64,000 bases of DNA from Pseudomonadota bacterium (GCA_021835845.1 JAKBJU010000001.1:12908-76907), one strand, 5' to 3'. Counted from the stretch's first letter, positions 24,313-33,557 are shown. Notes: generated from the letters alone by a model not told the origin. Numbers and translations are program-made.

Positions 24313-24663
24313 TCAATCTAGCAAAGGGTTTTTCCGGGGTGAACGGAAAAAGGTCCGGGTATGGCTCCAATTCCCACGTCCTTTCCCGCCGAGGTTCCTC
24401 CTCTCCAGCCAACCTTTTTCTACAAGCTCCTTCGTGTACTTGATCCAGCTGCTTTCTTCGAAGCCCGCGAGCCTCTTCAGAATCTTCTTTGTGGGCTTCT
24501 GCGGCAGGGAAAACGCATAGATGAGGATTGACCTCGCGGGTCCCGATAAAGCGGTTTCAGGGTCCAAAATTTTGAGCGGGACGAGTGCTGCGGTGTCGGT
24601 CGATTCCTCAACGTCATATTCTTCCTCAGGCCCGTCTTCAGGTGAACGAGTGTTCTTGGCCAT
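24313..24663 (-). CDS. Winged-helix-like DNA-binding protein, hypothetical
   Basis: 116 aa from ATG 24663. C-terminal half (ILKRLAGFEESSWIKYTKELVEKGWLERR) looks like a wHTH. Confidence 0.5.
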   Translation of the reverse strand: MAKNTRSPEDGPEEEYDVEESTDTAALVPLKILDPETALSGPARSILIYAFSLPQKPTKKILKRLAGFEESSWIKYTKELVEKGWLERRNLGGKGRGNWSHTRTFFRSPRKNPLLD

Positions 24664-24664
24664 G

Positions 24665-25045
24665 TCACACCTCGTCATCCCCGAACAGATCCCCGGTCCG
24701 ATCCGCTGCTTCCTTCTCTGCTTTCTTCCGTCGCCCCATGCGCGGCCCCGTCTTCGCGCCGTCCTCGACTCGACTTTCTAGCCGAGCGATCTCTCCCGAA
24801 ATCGCTTCGATCACGTCTTCGAGACCGAGGAAGAAACTCCATTCCGCGCCACCCAGCGCGAATTTCCAAGCGATTGAGATGAGGTCCTGTATTTCTTCGC
24901 TCTTGAGACTTGCTAAGATCGCATCGTGGGTTGAGCGCTTGTGCTGGTTGCGGAGCACTTTAAAGTGCTCAGAAAGGGCTTTGAGGGCAATATCGCCCGC
25001 CTCCTCGGGCGAAACCGAGCGGGTGAACAGAACGTCCTGACTCAT
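24665..25045 (-). CDS. Hypothetical protein
   Basis: 126-aa ORF coupled to its neighbours. No recognised domain. Confidence 0.5.
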   Translation of the reverse strand: MSQDVLFTRSVSPEEAGDIALKALSEHFKVLRNQHKRSTHDAILASLKSEEIQDLISIAWKFALGGAEWSFFLGLEDVIEAISGEIARLESRVEDGAKTGPRMGRRKKAEKEAADRTGDLFGDDEV

Positions 25046-25317
25046 TGCGCACCTCCAGCCTGGCGGCGTGCAATCGTCTCGGCTTTCGTGGGGCGGCCCC
25101 TCGTCGCCGCTTTTTCAGCTTTGGGCTGGCTCGTTGCGCTGCTGGCAAGAGGAAGACTGTTCAGCCATTCGATCACATCGGATTCGAGCCAGACTTTCAT
25201 GTTCCCAATAAGCCTGGTGGGGGGGAGTGTTTCTGGCTCGCGACTCTTCCGGCCTTCAATCGTCAGTACGCTGACGCCCATGATTTTCGCGAGATCAGAA
25301 TTCTTGAGGATTTTCAT
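25042..25317 (-). CDS. AlpA/excisionase-family HTH protein
   Basis: 91 aa. DLAKIMGVSVLTIEGRKSREPETLPPTRLIGNMKVWLESDVIEWL matches the AlpA/Xis pattern. First gene of the long minus-strand operon set. Confidence 0.7.
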   Translation of the reverse strand: MKILKNSDLAKIMGVSVLTIEGRKSREPETLPPTRLIGNMKVWLESDVIEWLNSLPLASSATSQPKAEKAATRGRPTKAETIARRQAGGAQ

Positions 25318-25369
25318 ACCGCGCCTTTAAATTAAAGTGAACACGGTTCAATGCTATTCTTTCCTTGCA

Positions 25370-25398
25370 AAAACTGTTATTGCGTAAATAATAGTTTT
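25370..25398. promoter_or_regulatory. 12-bp imperfect inverted repeat operator in the divergent control region
   Basis: AAAACTGTTATT-gcgta-AATAATAGTTTT with one mismatch, in the AT-rich 122-bp gap between the divergent genes at 25317 and 25440. Confidence 0.55.
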
Positions 25399-25439
25399 GG
25401 TGTAGCATTATTTAGGAACACTCACGAGGGGGCGGAATC

Positions 25440-26132
25440 ATGACTCGACCTGCAAAGCGCGGACGCGGACGGCCAAGGATCGAAGAGACGGAAAAGCAAC
25501 AAAGTCTCGCTCTGACGCAAAAGCTCGCACGCGAGATCAAAGACCTTTCTGGGCTGACGGTTGAGGCGCTAGTGCAGAAAATGCGCTTGAGTCGCTACAA
25601 GGGGATTGCGACAGACGACAGCACTGGGGTATGGAGAAAGTACCTGTGCGCAAGGGCGATCATGTCGCCCGCTCGTATGCGAGACGTTTCAGCATTCGCA
25701 TGGGAGAAGGGTTGGAGAGGGGAAACGGTACGTACGGTTTTAGTTGGTCGCGGAAATGTCGGCACGCTGTCCGAAAGCAATGCAGATGCAAAAAAGATGG
25801 AGGAGTTGCAGGCCGCGATTTTTAAAATCTTTGGTCACGGACTATCGTTTGACGATCCCGCTGTAGACGAACAAATAGCTCGGATCAAGCGGCTTGCAGA
25901 CATCGCGATTCACGCTGCGGTCAATGACGCATTCAAAAAGCACGAACAGCACTGCGCGAAAGAAGCAGAAGAGAGCCATGAACGTTTCGGGCAAATGACG
26001 GCAGAAGAGCTTCGCGAATGGGATGAAAAAACGTGTCAGGATCACGAAGAAGCTCATATCTTCGTGCCCGACATCGAACACCCCGGCTTCCGTCATGCAA
26101 TCCCCAAAAGCCAGCTGGGAAAGAAGGGGTAG
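25440..26132 (+). CDS. Hypothetical protein with an AT-hook-like N-terminus
   Basis: 230 aa with GAGGGGG RBS. N-terminal KRGRGRPR. Divergent from the Xis-like operon. Confidence 0.5.
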   Translation: MTRPAKRGRGRPRIEETEKQQSLALTQKLAREIKDLSGLTVEALVQKMRLSRYKGIATDDSTGVWRKYLCARAIMSPARMRDVSAFAWEKGWRGETVRTVLVGRGNVGTLSESNADAKKMEELQAAIFKIFGHGLSFDDPAVDEQIARIKRLADIAIHAAVNDAFKKHEQHCAKEAEESHERFGQMTAEELREWDEKTCQDHEEAHIFVPDIEHPGFRHAIPKSQLGKKG

Positions 26133-26153
26133 GTAGCAAAAGCTAGGGATTCC

Positions 26154-26196
26154 TTGGGTGAAATTTGGGTGAATGAAAACACCCAAAAAACCCAAG
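26154..26196 (+). promoter_or_regulatory. TTGGGTGA repeats (two direct, two degenerate inverted): putative arm sites
   Basis: TTGGGTGA at 26154-26161 and 26165-26172 with 11-bp phasing. ACACCCAA at 26179-26186 and AACCCAAG at 26189-26196 on the other strand. Confidence 0.5.
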
Positions 26197-26244
26197 AACT
26201 CACAAACTTTCACAAGGGAATGCTAGGTAACTTACTGATATTTA

Positions 26245-26318
26245 TGGAGGCGGGGGTCGGAATCGAACCGGCGTCCACGGCTTTGCAGGCCGCTGCATAA
26301 CCACTCTGCCACCCCGCC
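26245..26318 (-). tRNA. tRNA-Cys (GCA)
   Basis: 74 nt: GGCGGGGTGGCAGAGTGGTTATGCAGCGGCCTGCAAAGCCGTGGACGCCGGTTCGATTCCGACCCCCGCCTCCA. Anticodon loop CUGCAAA, T-loop GGTTCGATTCC, CCA end. Confidence 0.93.
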
Positions 26319-26534
26319 GTACGACTATTGAGGCTTCCCTCAATTAAAAAGGGAAAGCGAACGCTTTCCCGTATTCGGCAAAGCAGAATTCTAACATCTG
26401 CGCGCCCCGCATACAATCGCTTTCACGGTATTCAGCGCCGCCGCAAGAAAAACAAGTATCGAATTGGCAACCGGCCCTATCTTGACTTGCTCTACAGAAT
26501 GCCTCGGGGAAACTGGACAAATGAAAATTCGGAA

Positions 26535-26609
26535 TGGAGCGGGAAACGAGGTTCGAACTCGCGACCCCAACCTTGGCAAGGTTGTGCTCTACCACTGAGC
26601 TATTCCCGC
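26535..26609 (-). tRNA. tRNA-Gly (GCC)
   Basis: 75 nt: GCGGGAATAGCTCAGTGGTAGAGCACAACCTTGCCAAGGTTGGGGTCGCGAGTTCGAACCTCGTTTCCCGCTCCA. Anticodon loop UUGCCAA. Confidence 0.93.
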
Positions 26610-26647
26610 TTGAAAGAGACGCTATTATAAAGGGGCGCGCCCTTTTG

Positions 26648-27217
26648 TCAAGGCTCTGCCGCTCCGGGCGCAGCCATCTTCAGATAGTAGGCCATGGAAA
26701 CCAGGGTGAGAATGGCAGCCAGATAAATCAGCCAGGTGCCAATCCAGAAAGAGTCCAGGCCCATAATGCTGCCATCGTAGAGCAGCAGGAGAATCGCCGC
26801 CATCTGGGATGCGGTCTTGACCTTGCCGATGAAGGAGACCGCGACGCTGCCGCTTTCGCCGATCTTCGCCATCCATTCGCGCAGCGCGGAGATCGCGATT
26901 TCGCGGCCGATGATGATGAAGGAAACCAGATCGTTCACGCGCCCGAGCTTCACCAGCACGATGAGGGCTGCGGCGACCATCAGCTTGTCGGCGACAGGAT
27001 CGAGAAAGGCGCCGAAGGCCGAAGTCTGCTCAAGAGCCCGTGCAAGATAGCCGTCAAGCCAGTCGGTGATTGCGGCAAAAAGGAAAATCAGCGCCGAAAA
27101 GAGGTTCTTGTCTTCCGCGGAAATCCAGAGATCGGGAAAATAGAACATGCCGACGAAAAGCGGAATCAGGAGTATCCTGAGCCAGGTCAGCAGATTGGGA
27201 ATGGTATAGGGCATCAA
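26648..27217 (-). CDS. pgsA: CDP-diacylglycerol--glycerol-3-phosphate 3-phosphatidyltransferase
   Basis: 189 aa. NLLTWLRILLIP, DWLDGYLAR...G..LDPVADK CDP-alcohol phosphatidyltransferase motif. uvrC-pgsA-tRNA-Gly-tRNA-Cys synteny. Confidence 0.92.
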   Translation of the reverse strand: MMPYTIPNLLTWLRILLIPLFVGMFYFPDLWISAEDKNLFSALIFLFAAITDWLDGYLARALEQTSAFGAFLDPVADKLMVAAALIVLVKLGRVNDLVSFIIIGREIAISALREWMAKIGESGSVAVSFIGKVKTASQMAAILLLLYDGSIMGLDSFWIGTWLIYLAAILTLVSMAYYLKMAAPGAAEP

Positions 27218-28983
27218 TGCAAATGTCGGTATATTTTCTCTGCAAGCGCACGGCTGATCCCGTCCGTCTGCTCCAGCTCCTCTATGCTCGCGGCAAGCAC
27301 GCCCCTGAGTCCCCCGAAACGGGTGAGAAGGTGCTGTCTCCTCTTCCCGCCTATCCCTTCGATTTCCTCAAGCCCGGATGCGGTCCTGGCCTTTCCCCTT
27401 CTGGCGCGATGCCCGGAGATCGCAAATCGGTGCGCTTCGTCCCTGATTGTCTGGATGAGCAGAAGTCCGGGGTTGTCGCGTTCCAATTGTAACGGTTTTT
27501 CAGCTCCCAATAAAATCAGCCTGTCGTTTTCCGCGCGCCTCCCCTCCCCCTTCGCCACCCCGACCATGTCCACCCCGGCGATGCCGAGTTCATGGAGCGT
27601 TTCACTAGCGGCCTTCAATTGCCCCTTTCCGCCGTCTATCAGGATGAGATCGGGCAGCAGCCCGCCCCCTTTCCCGTAGCGCTTTTCGAGCGCGATGCGC
27701 ATCGCCCCGTAATCGTCCCCCGGTATGCCCGCGATATTGTAGCGACGGTATTCTCCCTTCTGCATGGCGAACCTGTCGTAGACCACGCAGGAAGCGACCG
27801 TCGCCTCCCCTTGCGTGTGGCTGATGTCGAAGCACTCGATCCGCCCGGGTGCCTCCTCCAGATTCAGCGCCTCCTTGAGCGCCTCCAGCCTCGCCTCCTG
27901 GCCGAGCTTCTCGCCGAGCATCCTGCCCAATGCAAGCCGGGCATTCTCGATTGCCATGTCCAGCCAGATGCGCTTCTCCCCGATGGGATCGGTGACGAAT
28001 TGAACCTTTCCCCCCAGCTGTTCGGCGAGCAGCCCGACTTTTCCGTTCAGGATGATCTGCGAGGGGACCGGAACGGACAGATAGTGCTGGGAAAGGAAGG
28101 CTTCGAGCACGTCCGGAATTTCGCATCCCTGCGCATTTTTGGGAAAGAAGCTCCTGTCCCCGAGATGCTGCCCTCCCCTGATCATCGCAAGATTCACGCA
28201 GACCGCATCCCCGCCGGCAATGCAGACCACGACATCGGCATCCACCGCATGGCCGCTCAGGACATACTGCTTCTCCTGAACGCGCCTGAGCGACTGCATC
28301 TGGTCGCGGCAGATCGCGGCCTGCTCGAAATCCAGTTTTTCCGCGGCCGCATTCATCCTGGCGGCAATGTCCTGCAGCAATTCGTTCTGCCTGCCGCTCA
28401 GGAAAGCGCTCGCCGCCTTCACGTCCCCTGCATAGGATTCATTCGACACCAGCCCGACGCAAGGGCCGCTGCAGCGATGGATCTGGTGGAGCAGGCAGGG
28501 ACGCGAGCGGTTGGCAAAAACGCTGTCCTCGCAGGTTCTCAGACGGAATATCTTCTGCAACAGATGAATGGCTTCCTTTGCCGCGCCCGCGTTCGGGAAG
28601 GGGCCGAAAAACCGGCTCTTGCGGTCGAGCGCTCCCCGGTAATAGGCCAGGCGGGGAAATTCGTGTCCGCTCAACTGGATATAGGGATAGGATTTGTCGT
28701 CCCTGAACAATATGTTGTAGCGGGGGCTCAGCGACTTGATGAGGTTGTTCTCGAGGATCAGCGCCTCCGCTTCGGTGCGCGTCACGGTGGTTTCGATCGA
28801 TGCGATCTGCGACACCATCAGCCTGATGCGGGGGGAATGGTCGGTCTTCTGGAAGTAGGAACTCACGCGCTTCTTGAGTTCGCGCGCCTTGCCGACATAG
28901 ATCACCTCGCCTGCGGCATCGATCATGCGGTAGACGCCGGGCTGCATGGGAAGCCCGGCGGCATAAGCCTTGAGAAACTCCAA
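27214..28983 (-). CDS. uvrC: Excinuclease ABC subunit C
   Basis: 589 aa. N-terminal GIY-YIG (PGVYRMIDAAGEVIYVGKA), UVR domain, C-terminal (HhH)2. Confidence 0.95.
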   Translation of the reverse strand: MEFLKAYAAGLPMQPGVYRMIDAAGEVIYVGKARELKKRVSSYFQKTDHSPRIRLMVSQIASIETTVTRTEAEALILENNLIKSLSPRYNILFRDDKSYPYIQLSGHEFPRLAYYRGALDRKSRFFGPFPNAGAAKEAIHLLQKIFRLRTCEDSVFANRSRPCLLHQIHRCSGPCVGLVSNESYAGDVKAASAFLSGRQNELLQDIAARMNAAAEKLDFEQAAICRDQMQSLRRVQEKQYVLSGHAVDADVVVCIAGGDAVCVNLAMIRGGQHLGDRSFFPKNAQGCEIPDVLEAFLSQHYLSVPVPSQIILNGKVGLLAEQLGGKVQFVTDPIGEKRIWLDMAIENARLALGRMLGEKLGQEARLEALKEALNLEEAPGRIECFDISHTQGEATVASCVVYDRFAMQKGEYRRYNIAGIPGDDYGAMRIALEKRYGKGGGLLPDLILIDGGKGQLKAASETLHELGIAGVDMVGVAKGEGRRAENDRLILLGAEKPLQLERDNPGLLLIQTIRDEAHRFAISGHRARRGKARTASGLEEIEGIGGKRRQHLLTRFGGLRGVLAASIEELEQTDGISRALAEKIYRHLH

Positions 28984-28984
28984 G

Positions 28985-29173
28985 CTAGTCTTCCTCGTCG
29001 AGGAGCTTCCCGGCTATCGCCCAATTGGCGTCCGGCAGCTCGTCGAAGGCAATGTAGGTGTAGGATGCAGGCTTTTGCGCGATGCGCTCCAGCGTATCGG
29101 TGATCTCCTGCGCGATTCTCCGCTTCTGCTCGCGCGTGAGCGTTCCCGCTATCCTGATGTTGACGTATGGCAT
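28985..29173 (-). CDS. 4-oxalocrotonate tautomerase family protein
   Basis: 62 aa from ATG 29173. MPYVNIRIAG.LTREQKRRIAQEITD with the Pro-1 signature. Confidence 0.75.
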   Translation of the reverse strand: MPYVNIRIAGTLTREQKRRIAQEITDTLERIAQKPASYTYIAFDELPDANWAIAGKLLDEED

Positions 29174-29793
29174 GCTGACATCCTCCCGATGTTTTCGAAA
29201 ACGGCCTCGAACATTTCCCGCGTCAGGCGCCTCGTCTGCGTATTGTAGCGGCTGCAATGATAGCTGTCGTGAAGCCCGAGTCCGCCGGGCAGATCGTGAA
29301 TGCTGCCGTGCCCGAACGGATAATCCTTCGCCTTCAGCCTGAGCGCCAAGAGCACGGCATTGTGCGCGATCGTGCCGAGCGCGAGGATCGCGCTGCCGCG
29401 GTCGAGGTCGGCAATTTCCTGCGCCAGATAGGCATTGCATTGCCTGATCTCGGCATTGTCCGGCTTGTTCTGGGGGGGAAGGCACTTCACCGCATTGGTG
29501 ATCCGGCATCCCTTCAGGACAAGGGCATCGCCCTTTTCGGACGCAGCCTGACTGGAAAAACCGAATTTGTAGAGTGTCTCGTAGAGCAGTATTCCCGCAT
29601 GGTCTCCGGTGAAGGGGCGCCCGGTGCGGTTCGCCCCATGCATGCCAGGCGCAAGCCCCACCACGAGCAGTGCCGGGGAATCGTCCCCGAAAGGTGAAAC
29701 GGGCTTCGCATGATAGCCCGGGTGGGATTCTTTCACTTCATCGAGAAAATTGGCAAGCCTCGGGCACAGGCGGCAGTCTTCGGAAAATTTCAT
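29149..29793 (-). CDS. Uracil-DNA glycosylase (family 4/5 type)
   Basis: 214 aa from ATG 29793. C.LCPRL, LLVVGLAPGMHGANRTGRPFTGD, H.S..N motifs. Overlaps the downstream gene by 25 nt. Confidence 0.85.
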   Translation of the reverse strand: MKFSEDCRLCPRLANFLDEVKESHPGYHAKPVSPFGDDSPALLVVGLAPGMHGANRTGRPFTGDHAGILLYETLYKFGFSSQAASEKGDALVLKGCRITNAVKCLPPQNKPDNAEIRQCNAYLAQEIADLDRGSAILALGTIAHNAVLLALRLKAKDYPFGHGSIHDLPGGLGLHDSYHCSRYNTQTRRLTREMFEAVFENIGRMSACHTSTSG

Positions 29794-29794
29794 T

Positions 29795-30694
29795 TCAGAC
29801 CAGGTGCTCCGGAGCCAGGGCGCAGGGATGCATGGGGTCCCCGATTTCGACCTGCATCGTCGCGTGCCCGATATGGAAAGAATCGCGCAAGTCCCGGGCA
29901 ATTTTCGCCATGAAGGCATCGCCCGGATGCCCCTGCGGCATCACCAGGTGAACCGTCAAGGCGGATTCCGTCGTGCTCATCCCCCAGATGTGCAGATCGT
30001 GCACTTCATGCACGCCTGCAAGGGAGGAAAAGTAGTCCCTCACGCCTTTCGGGTCGATGTTTGGCGGCACGGCATGCAGGGCAAGGCCCGCCGAACGCTT
30101 GAGGAGATCCCAGGTGCCGTAGACGATGGCTGCAGATATCCCAAGGCTCACCAGCGGATCCAGCCTGTAGAATCCGGTGAACAGGACGATCGCGCCTGAT
30201 ATCGCGACGCCGAGCGACAGGGCGGCATCGGAGGCCATGTGCAGGAAAGCCGCCCTGACATTGAGATCCTCCTCGTGCCGATGATGCAGGAGGATTGCCG
30301 TGGACAGGTTCACCAGAAAGCCCATGAACGCGATTCCGATCACGGTCTTTCCGCCTATGGGGGAAGGATGGCTCAACCTGGCGAGGGCTTCCCAGATAAT
30401 TCCCCCGGTGACGACGAGCAGCAGGAGCGCATTGAACAGCCCCGCCAGGATGGAAGAACTTCTGAAGCCGTAGGTGTAGCGCAGGGAGGGAATTTTTCTG
30501 GATAAGACAGCCGCCCCCCAGGCTGCGGCAAGCCCGAGCACATCGCTGAAATTGTGGCCCGCATCGGCGAGCAGGGCGAGCGAATGGCTCTGCAATCCGA
30601 AAAACAGCTCCAGGCAGACGAACGCCGTGTTGAGCGTCACCCCGATCCGGAAAGCCCTCGAATAATCGTGAACATGGTCATGGTCGTGCCCCAT
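29795..30694 (-). CDS. Cation diffusion facilitator (CzcD/ZitB-like) metal efflux transporter
   Basis: 299 aa. His-rich N-terminus (MGHDHDHVHD), six TM segments, HSLALLADAGHNFSD signature. Confidence 0.9.
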   Translation of the reverse strand: MGHDHDHVHDYSRAFRIGVTLNTAFVCLELFFGLQSHSLALLADAGHNFSDVLGLAAAWGAAVLSRKIPSLRYTYGFRSSSILAGLFNALLLLVVTGGIIWEALARLSHPSPIGGKTVIGIAFMGFLVNLSTAILLHHRHEEDLNVRAAFLHMASDAALSLGVAISGAIVLFTGFYRLDPLVSLGISAAIVYGTWDLLKRSAGLALHAVPPNIDPKGVRDYFSSLAGVHEVHDLHIWGMSTTESALTVHLVMPQGHPGDAFMAKIARDLRDSFHIGHATMQVEIGDPMHPCALAPEHLV

Positions 30695-31741
30695 TTACAG
30701 CGCAAGCTCCCCGTCCTTCACCCCGACCCCGGCCACCTGGCGGACGGCATCGCAGTAATGCACGTCCTCCCGCAACTGAAACCATGTCTTGGGGTGGGGC
30801 CTGCCGTGCATCCTGGCGAGCCTCGACATGGAAAGCGCAGGCATTTCCCATTTCAATCCACAGAGCAGTTCATCCGCCGAAGCCGGATCGTTGCACACCA
30901 GCACCATGTCGCAGCCTGCGCCGAGCGCAGCCTGGGCCCGCTCGACCACGCCTCCCGCAACCTTTGCTCCTGCCATGCTGAGATCGTCGCTGAATATCAC
31001 CCCCTCGAAGCCGAGCTGCCGGCGCAGAATCTTCTCCAGCCATGTGCTGGAAAATCCTGCAGGCAGGGAATCGACTTTCGGATAGATCACATGGGCCGGC
31101 ATCACCGCGGTCATCCCGAAATCGATCATCTGCCTGAACGGGACGAGATCCTTCTCCAGGATTTCGTCGAGGCTGCGCTCGTCGACGGGCACTGCGACAT
31201 GCGAATCCGCTTCGACATGACCGTGCCCCGGAAAATGCTTGCCGACGCTACCCATCCCGCCCTCCCTGAGTCCGATCGTGAGGCTGTGGGCGAGCGCGGC
31301 TATCGCTTCCGGGTCTTCATGGAAAGCCCGATCTCCGATCACGCCGCTCCTACCGTAATCGATGTCGAGCACCGGGGCGAAGCTGAAATCCACGCCGCAG
31401 GCGCGCAGTTCGGAGGCGAGCACGAAGCCGGTCAGCTTGGCAAGATGCCTCGCGCGTGCGGGATGCGTGTCCCATATTTCCCCGAATTCGCGCATCGGCG
31501 GAATGCGGGTGAAGCCCTCGCGAAAGCGCTGAACCCTGCCGCCCTCGTGGTCGACAGCGATCAGGAGCGGCGGCGTGCGCAAGGCATGAATCGAGGAACA
31601 GAGCTCGCGAACCTGCTCGACTGACTGGAAATTCCTGGAAAAGAGGATCACTCCCCCCGTTCCGGGATGCATCAGTCTTTCCCTGTCCTCAGGAGTCAGT
31701 TCCACTCCCTGAATGTCCAGCATGATCGGGCCGAGCGCCAT
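30695..31741 (-). CDS. nagZ: Beta-N-acetylhexosaminidase
   Basis: 348 aa. GH3 pattern GGVILFSRN, IAVDHEGGRVQRF, KHFPGHG. Confidence 0.92.
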   Translation of the reverse strand: MALGPIMLDIQGVELTPEDRERLMHPGTGGVILFSRNFQSVEQVRELCSSIHALRTPPLLIAVDHEGGRVQRFREGFTRIPPMREFGEIWDTHPARARHLAKLTGFVLASELRACGVDFSFAPVLDIDYGRSGVIGDRAFHEDPEAIAALAHSLTIGLREGGMGSVGKHFPGHGHVEADSHVAVPVDERSLDEILEKDLVPFRQMIDFGMTAVMPAHVIYPKVDSLPAGFSSTWLEKILRRQLGFEGVIFSDDLSMAGAKVAGGVVERAQAALGAGCDMVLVCNDPASADELLCGLKWEMPALSMSRLARMHGRPHPKTWFQLREDVHYCDAVRQVAGVGVKDGELAL

Positions 31742-32125
31742 TTATTCTCCCTTTTCCAGAACCACGAAAGCGCAGGCGAGGCTCTTTTCGTCGCTGAGGC
31801 TGAGGTGGTGGTTCGAAATACCGCATTCCTTGAGGAACGCATCCAGTTCGCCGTGAAAGCTGAATCCTGGCTTGCCCAGGGCATCGTTCACGACCGAAAT
31901 AAACCCGAAGCTGACGGGATGCCTGAGTCCCACGCCGAGCGCCTTGGAAAGCGCTTCCTTGGCCGCAAAGCGCTTGGCGAGAAAATGCACCGGGCTGGCG
32001 CTCGCCTCGAAGGCCGGCCATTCGCCGAAAGACAGTATCCGCTTCGCAAATCGCTCACCGAAGCGCTCCAGGAGCTTCGCGACGCGCCCGATCTCGATGA
32101 TGTCGGTGCCGACGCCGTAGATCAT
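31742..32125 (-). CDS. acpS: Holo-[acyl-carrier-protein] synthase
   Basis: 127 aa. [27 protein letters not shown]. Confidence 0.9.
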   Translation of the reverse strand: MIYGVGTDIIEIGRVAKLLERFGERFAKRILSFGEWPAFEASASPVHFLAKRFAAKEALSKALGVGLRHPVSFGFISVVNDALGKPGFSFHGELDAFLKECGISNHHLSLSDEKSLACAFVVLEKGE

Positions 32126-32841
32126 CGGGCTTCCAGCATCAGCTGCTTCATGGAGCGAATCGCTTCGGGAAGCCCCACGAAAAGCGCTCGCGCGACGATG
32201 GCGTGCCCGATGTTGAGTTCTTCCACGCCGGCTATCGCCGCGATCCGCTGCACGTTGTGGTAGTCGAGACCATGGCCGGCATTGACCTTGAGCCCCAGCG
32301 CCATGGCGCTTTCTACTGCATTTTCGATGCGCAGGATTTCTTCTTCCCGCTCTTCCCCGCGCAGGTTCGCATAATGTCCGGTATGGATCTCGATCACCGG
32401 CGCTCCGGCCTTCGCGGCCGCTTCGATCTGCCCGGATTCGGCATCGATGAACAGGGAAACCCGGATTCCGGCATCACGCAGTTTTGAACAGGCAGCCCTG
32501 ATGCGGTCGAAATGCGCAATCACGTCGAGTCCGCCTTCCGTGGTCAGCTCTTCCCTGCGCTCGGGAACGAGGCAGATGTCCTGCGGCCTGATGCGCAGCG
32601 CGAATTCCACCATCTCCTGCGTCACCGCGGATTCGAGGTTCATCCTGGTCTGCAGGATCTCGCGCAGGATCTCGACATCCCTGTCCTGGATGTGCCGCCG
32701 GTCTTCCCTGAGATGCAGCGTGATCGAATCCGCTCCCGAATTTTCGGCGAGCAGCGCGGCATGAATGGGGCTGGGGTAGGTCGTGCCGCGCGCCTGCCTG
32801 ACCGTTGCGATATGGTCTATGTTGAAGCCGAGCTGAATCAT
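32122..32841 (-). CDS. pdxJ: Pyridoxine 5'-phosphate synthase
   Basis: 239 aa from ATG 32841 (ATGA overlap with the recO stop). [35 protein letters not shown]. Confidence 0.93.
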   Translation of the reverse strand: MIQLGFNIDHIATVRQARGTTYPSPIHAALLAENSGADSITLHLREDRRHIQDRDVEILREILQTRMNLESAVTQEMVEFALRIRPQDICLVPERREELTTEGGLDVIAHFDRIRAACSKLRDAGIRVSLFIDAESGQIEAAAKAGAPVIEIHTGHYANLRGEEREEEILRIENAVESAMALGLKVNAGHGLDYHNVQRIAAIAGVEELNIGHAIVARALFVGLPEAIRSMKQLMLEAR

Positions 32842-33557
32842 AATTTCTGCAAATCCTGAAGCAGGCGCCGCGTGTGCAAGGGCTGGGCGCCCAAATGGTG
32901 ATTGATCAACATGCGCATCAGGGCCTTGCTCTGCTGCTGGGTAGCGGCGTCCGCATAATTCCCGCACGCCATGTCGAGCAGCGTCTTGCCCGTGAGCCTG
33001 ACGGAATTCGGGGTCGCCCCCTCGTCCGGCACAGGCCCGCGCTCCAGTTCGTAAGTATAAACCCGTTCCGGCTCGATCGGCTTCCCCCTGACATCGGCGT
33101 CGAGGATGGGCGCATAGCCCATCTCCTTCAAAAGATCGACTTCGAAGCGCCTGAGTATGCCTTGCAGATCTGCATCCCGCCCCATGGCCTGCAAGGTTTC
33201 CCGGTAATTGACGAAAAGCCCTTCGTGGGCGTCGTCTCTGGGAAGAAGCCGCATCAGCAGCTCGTTCAGGTAGAGTCCGCAGATCAGCGCCATTCCGGCG
33301 AGCCTGGGGTGACCGCCCTGCCATTCGGCCCGATGCAGGGTTCTGAGCTCGGACTTGCCGTACCAGGAAAGCAGCAGGGGCTGGAAAGGGAGCAGCAACC
33401 CCCTGAAACTGGACGCTGGCCTGCGCGCGCCGCGCGCGACCAGCGCCACCCTGCCCAGATCCAGGCTGAACGCCTCGACGATCAGGCTCGTCTCGCGGAA
33501 GGGGTAGCTGTGCAGGACGAAAGCCTCCTTGGAATCGAACCGCTCAGCCTTCTTCAT
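32838..33557 (-). CDS. recO: DNA repair protein RecO
   Basis: 239 aa. [19 protein letters not shown] start. era-recO-pdxJ synteny. Confidence 0.9.
   Translation of the reverse strand: MKKAERFDSKEAFVLHSYPFRETSLIVEAFSLDLGRVALVARGARRPASSFRGLLLPFQPLLLSWYGKSELRTLHRAEWQGGHPRLAGMALICGLYLNELLMRLLPRDDAHEGLFVNYRETLQAMGRDADLQGILRRFEVDLLKEMGYAPILDADVRGKPIEPERVYTYELERGPVPDEGATPNSVRLTGKTLLDMACGNYADAATQQQSKALMRMLINHHLGAQPLHTRRLLQDLQKL

Larger units (their letters stand above)
7637..26291. mobile_element. Integrative mobilizable/conjugative-type genomic island in tRNA-Cys (about 18.6 kb)
   Basis: Perfect 47-bp direct repeats of the tRNA-Cys 3' half. Integrase at one end and a Xis-like HTH at the other. T4CP, ArdC and RepB' primase inside. 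Core genes on both sides. Confidence 0.8.

Noticed and set aside
26534-29103. 381-aa and 503-aa plus-strand ORFs
   Set aside because: They are antisense to pgsA and uvrC, and the first would also run through tRNA-Gly.
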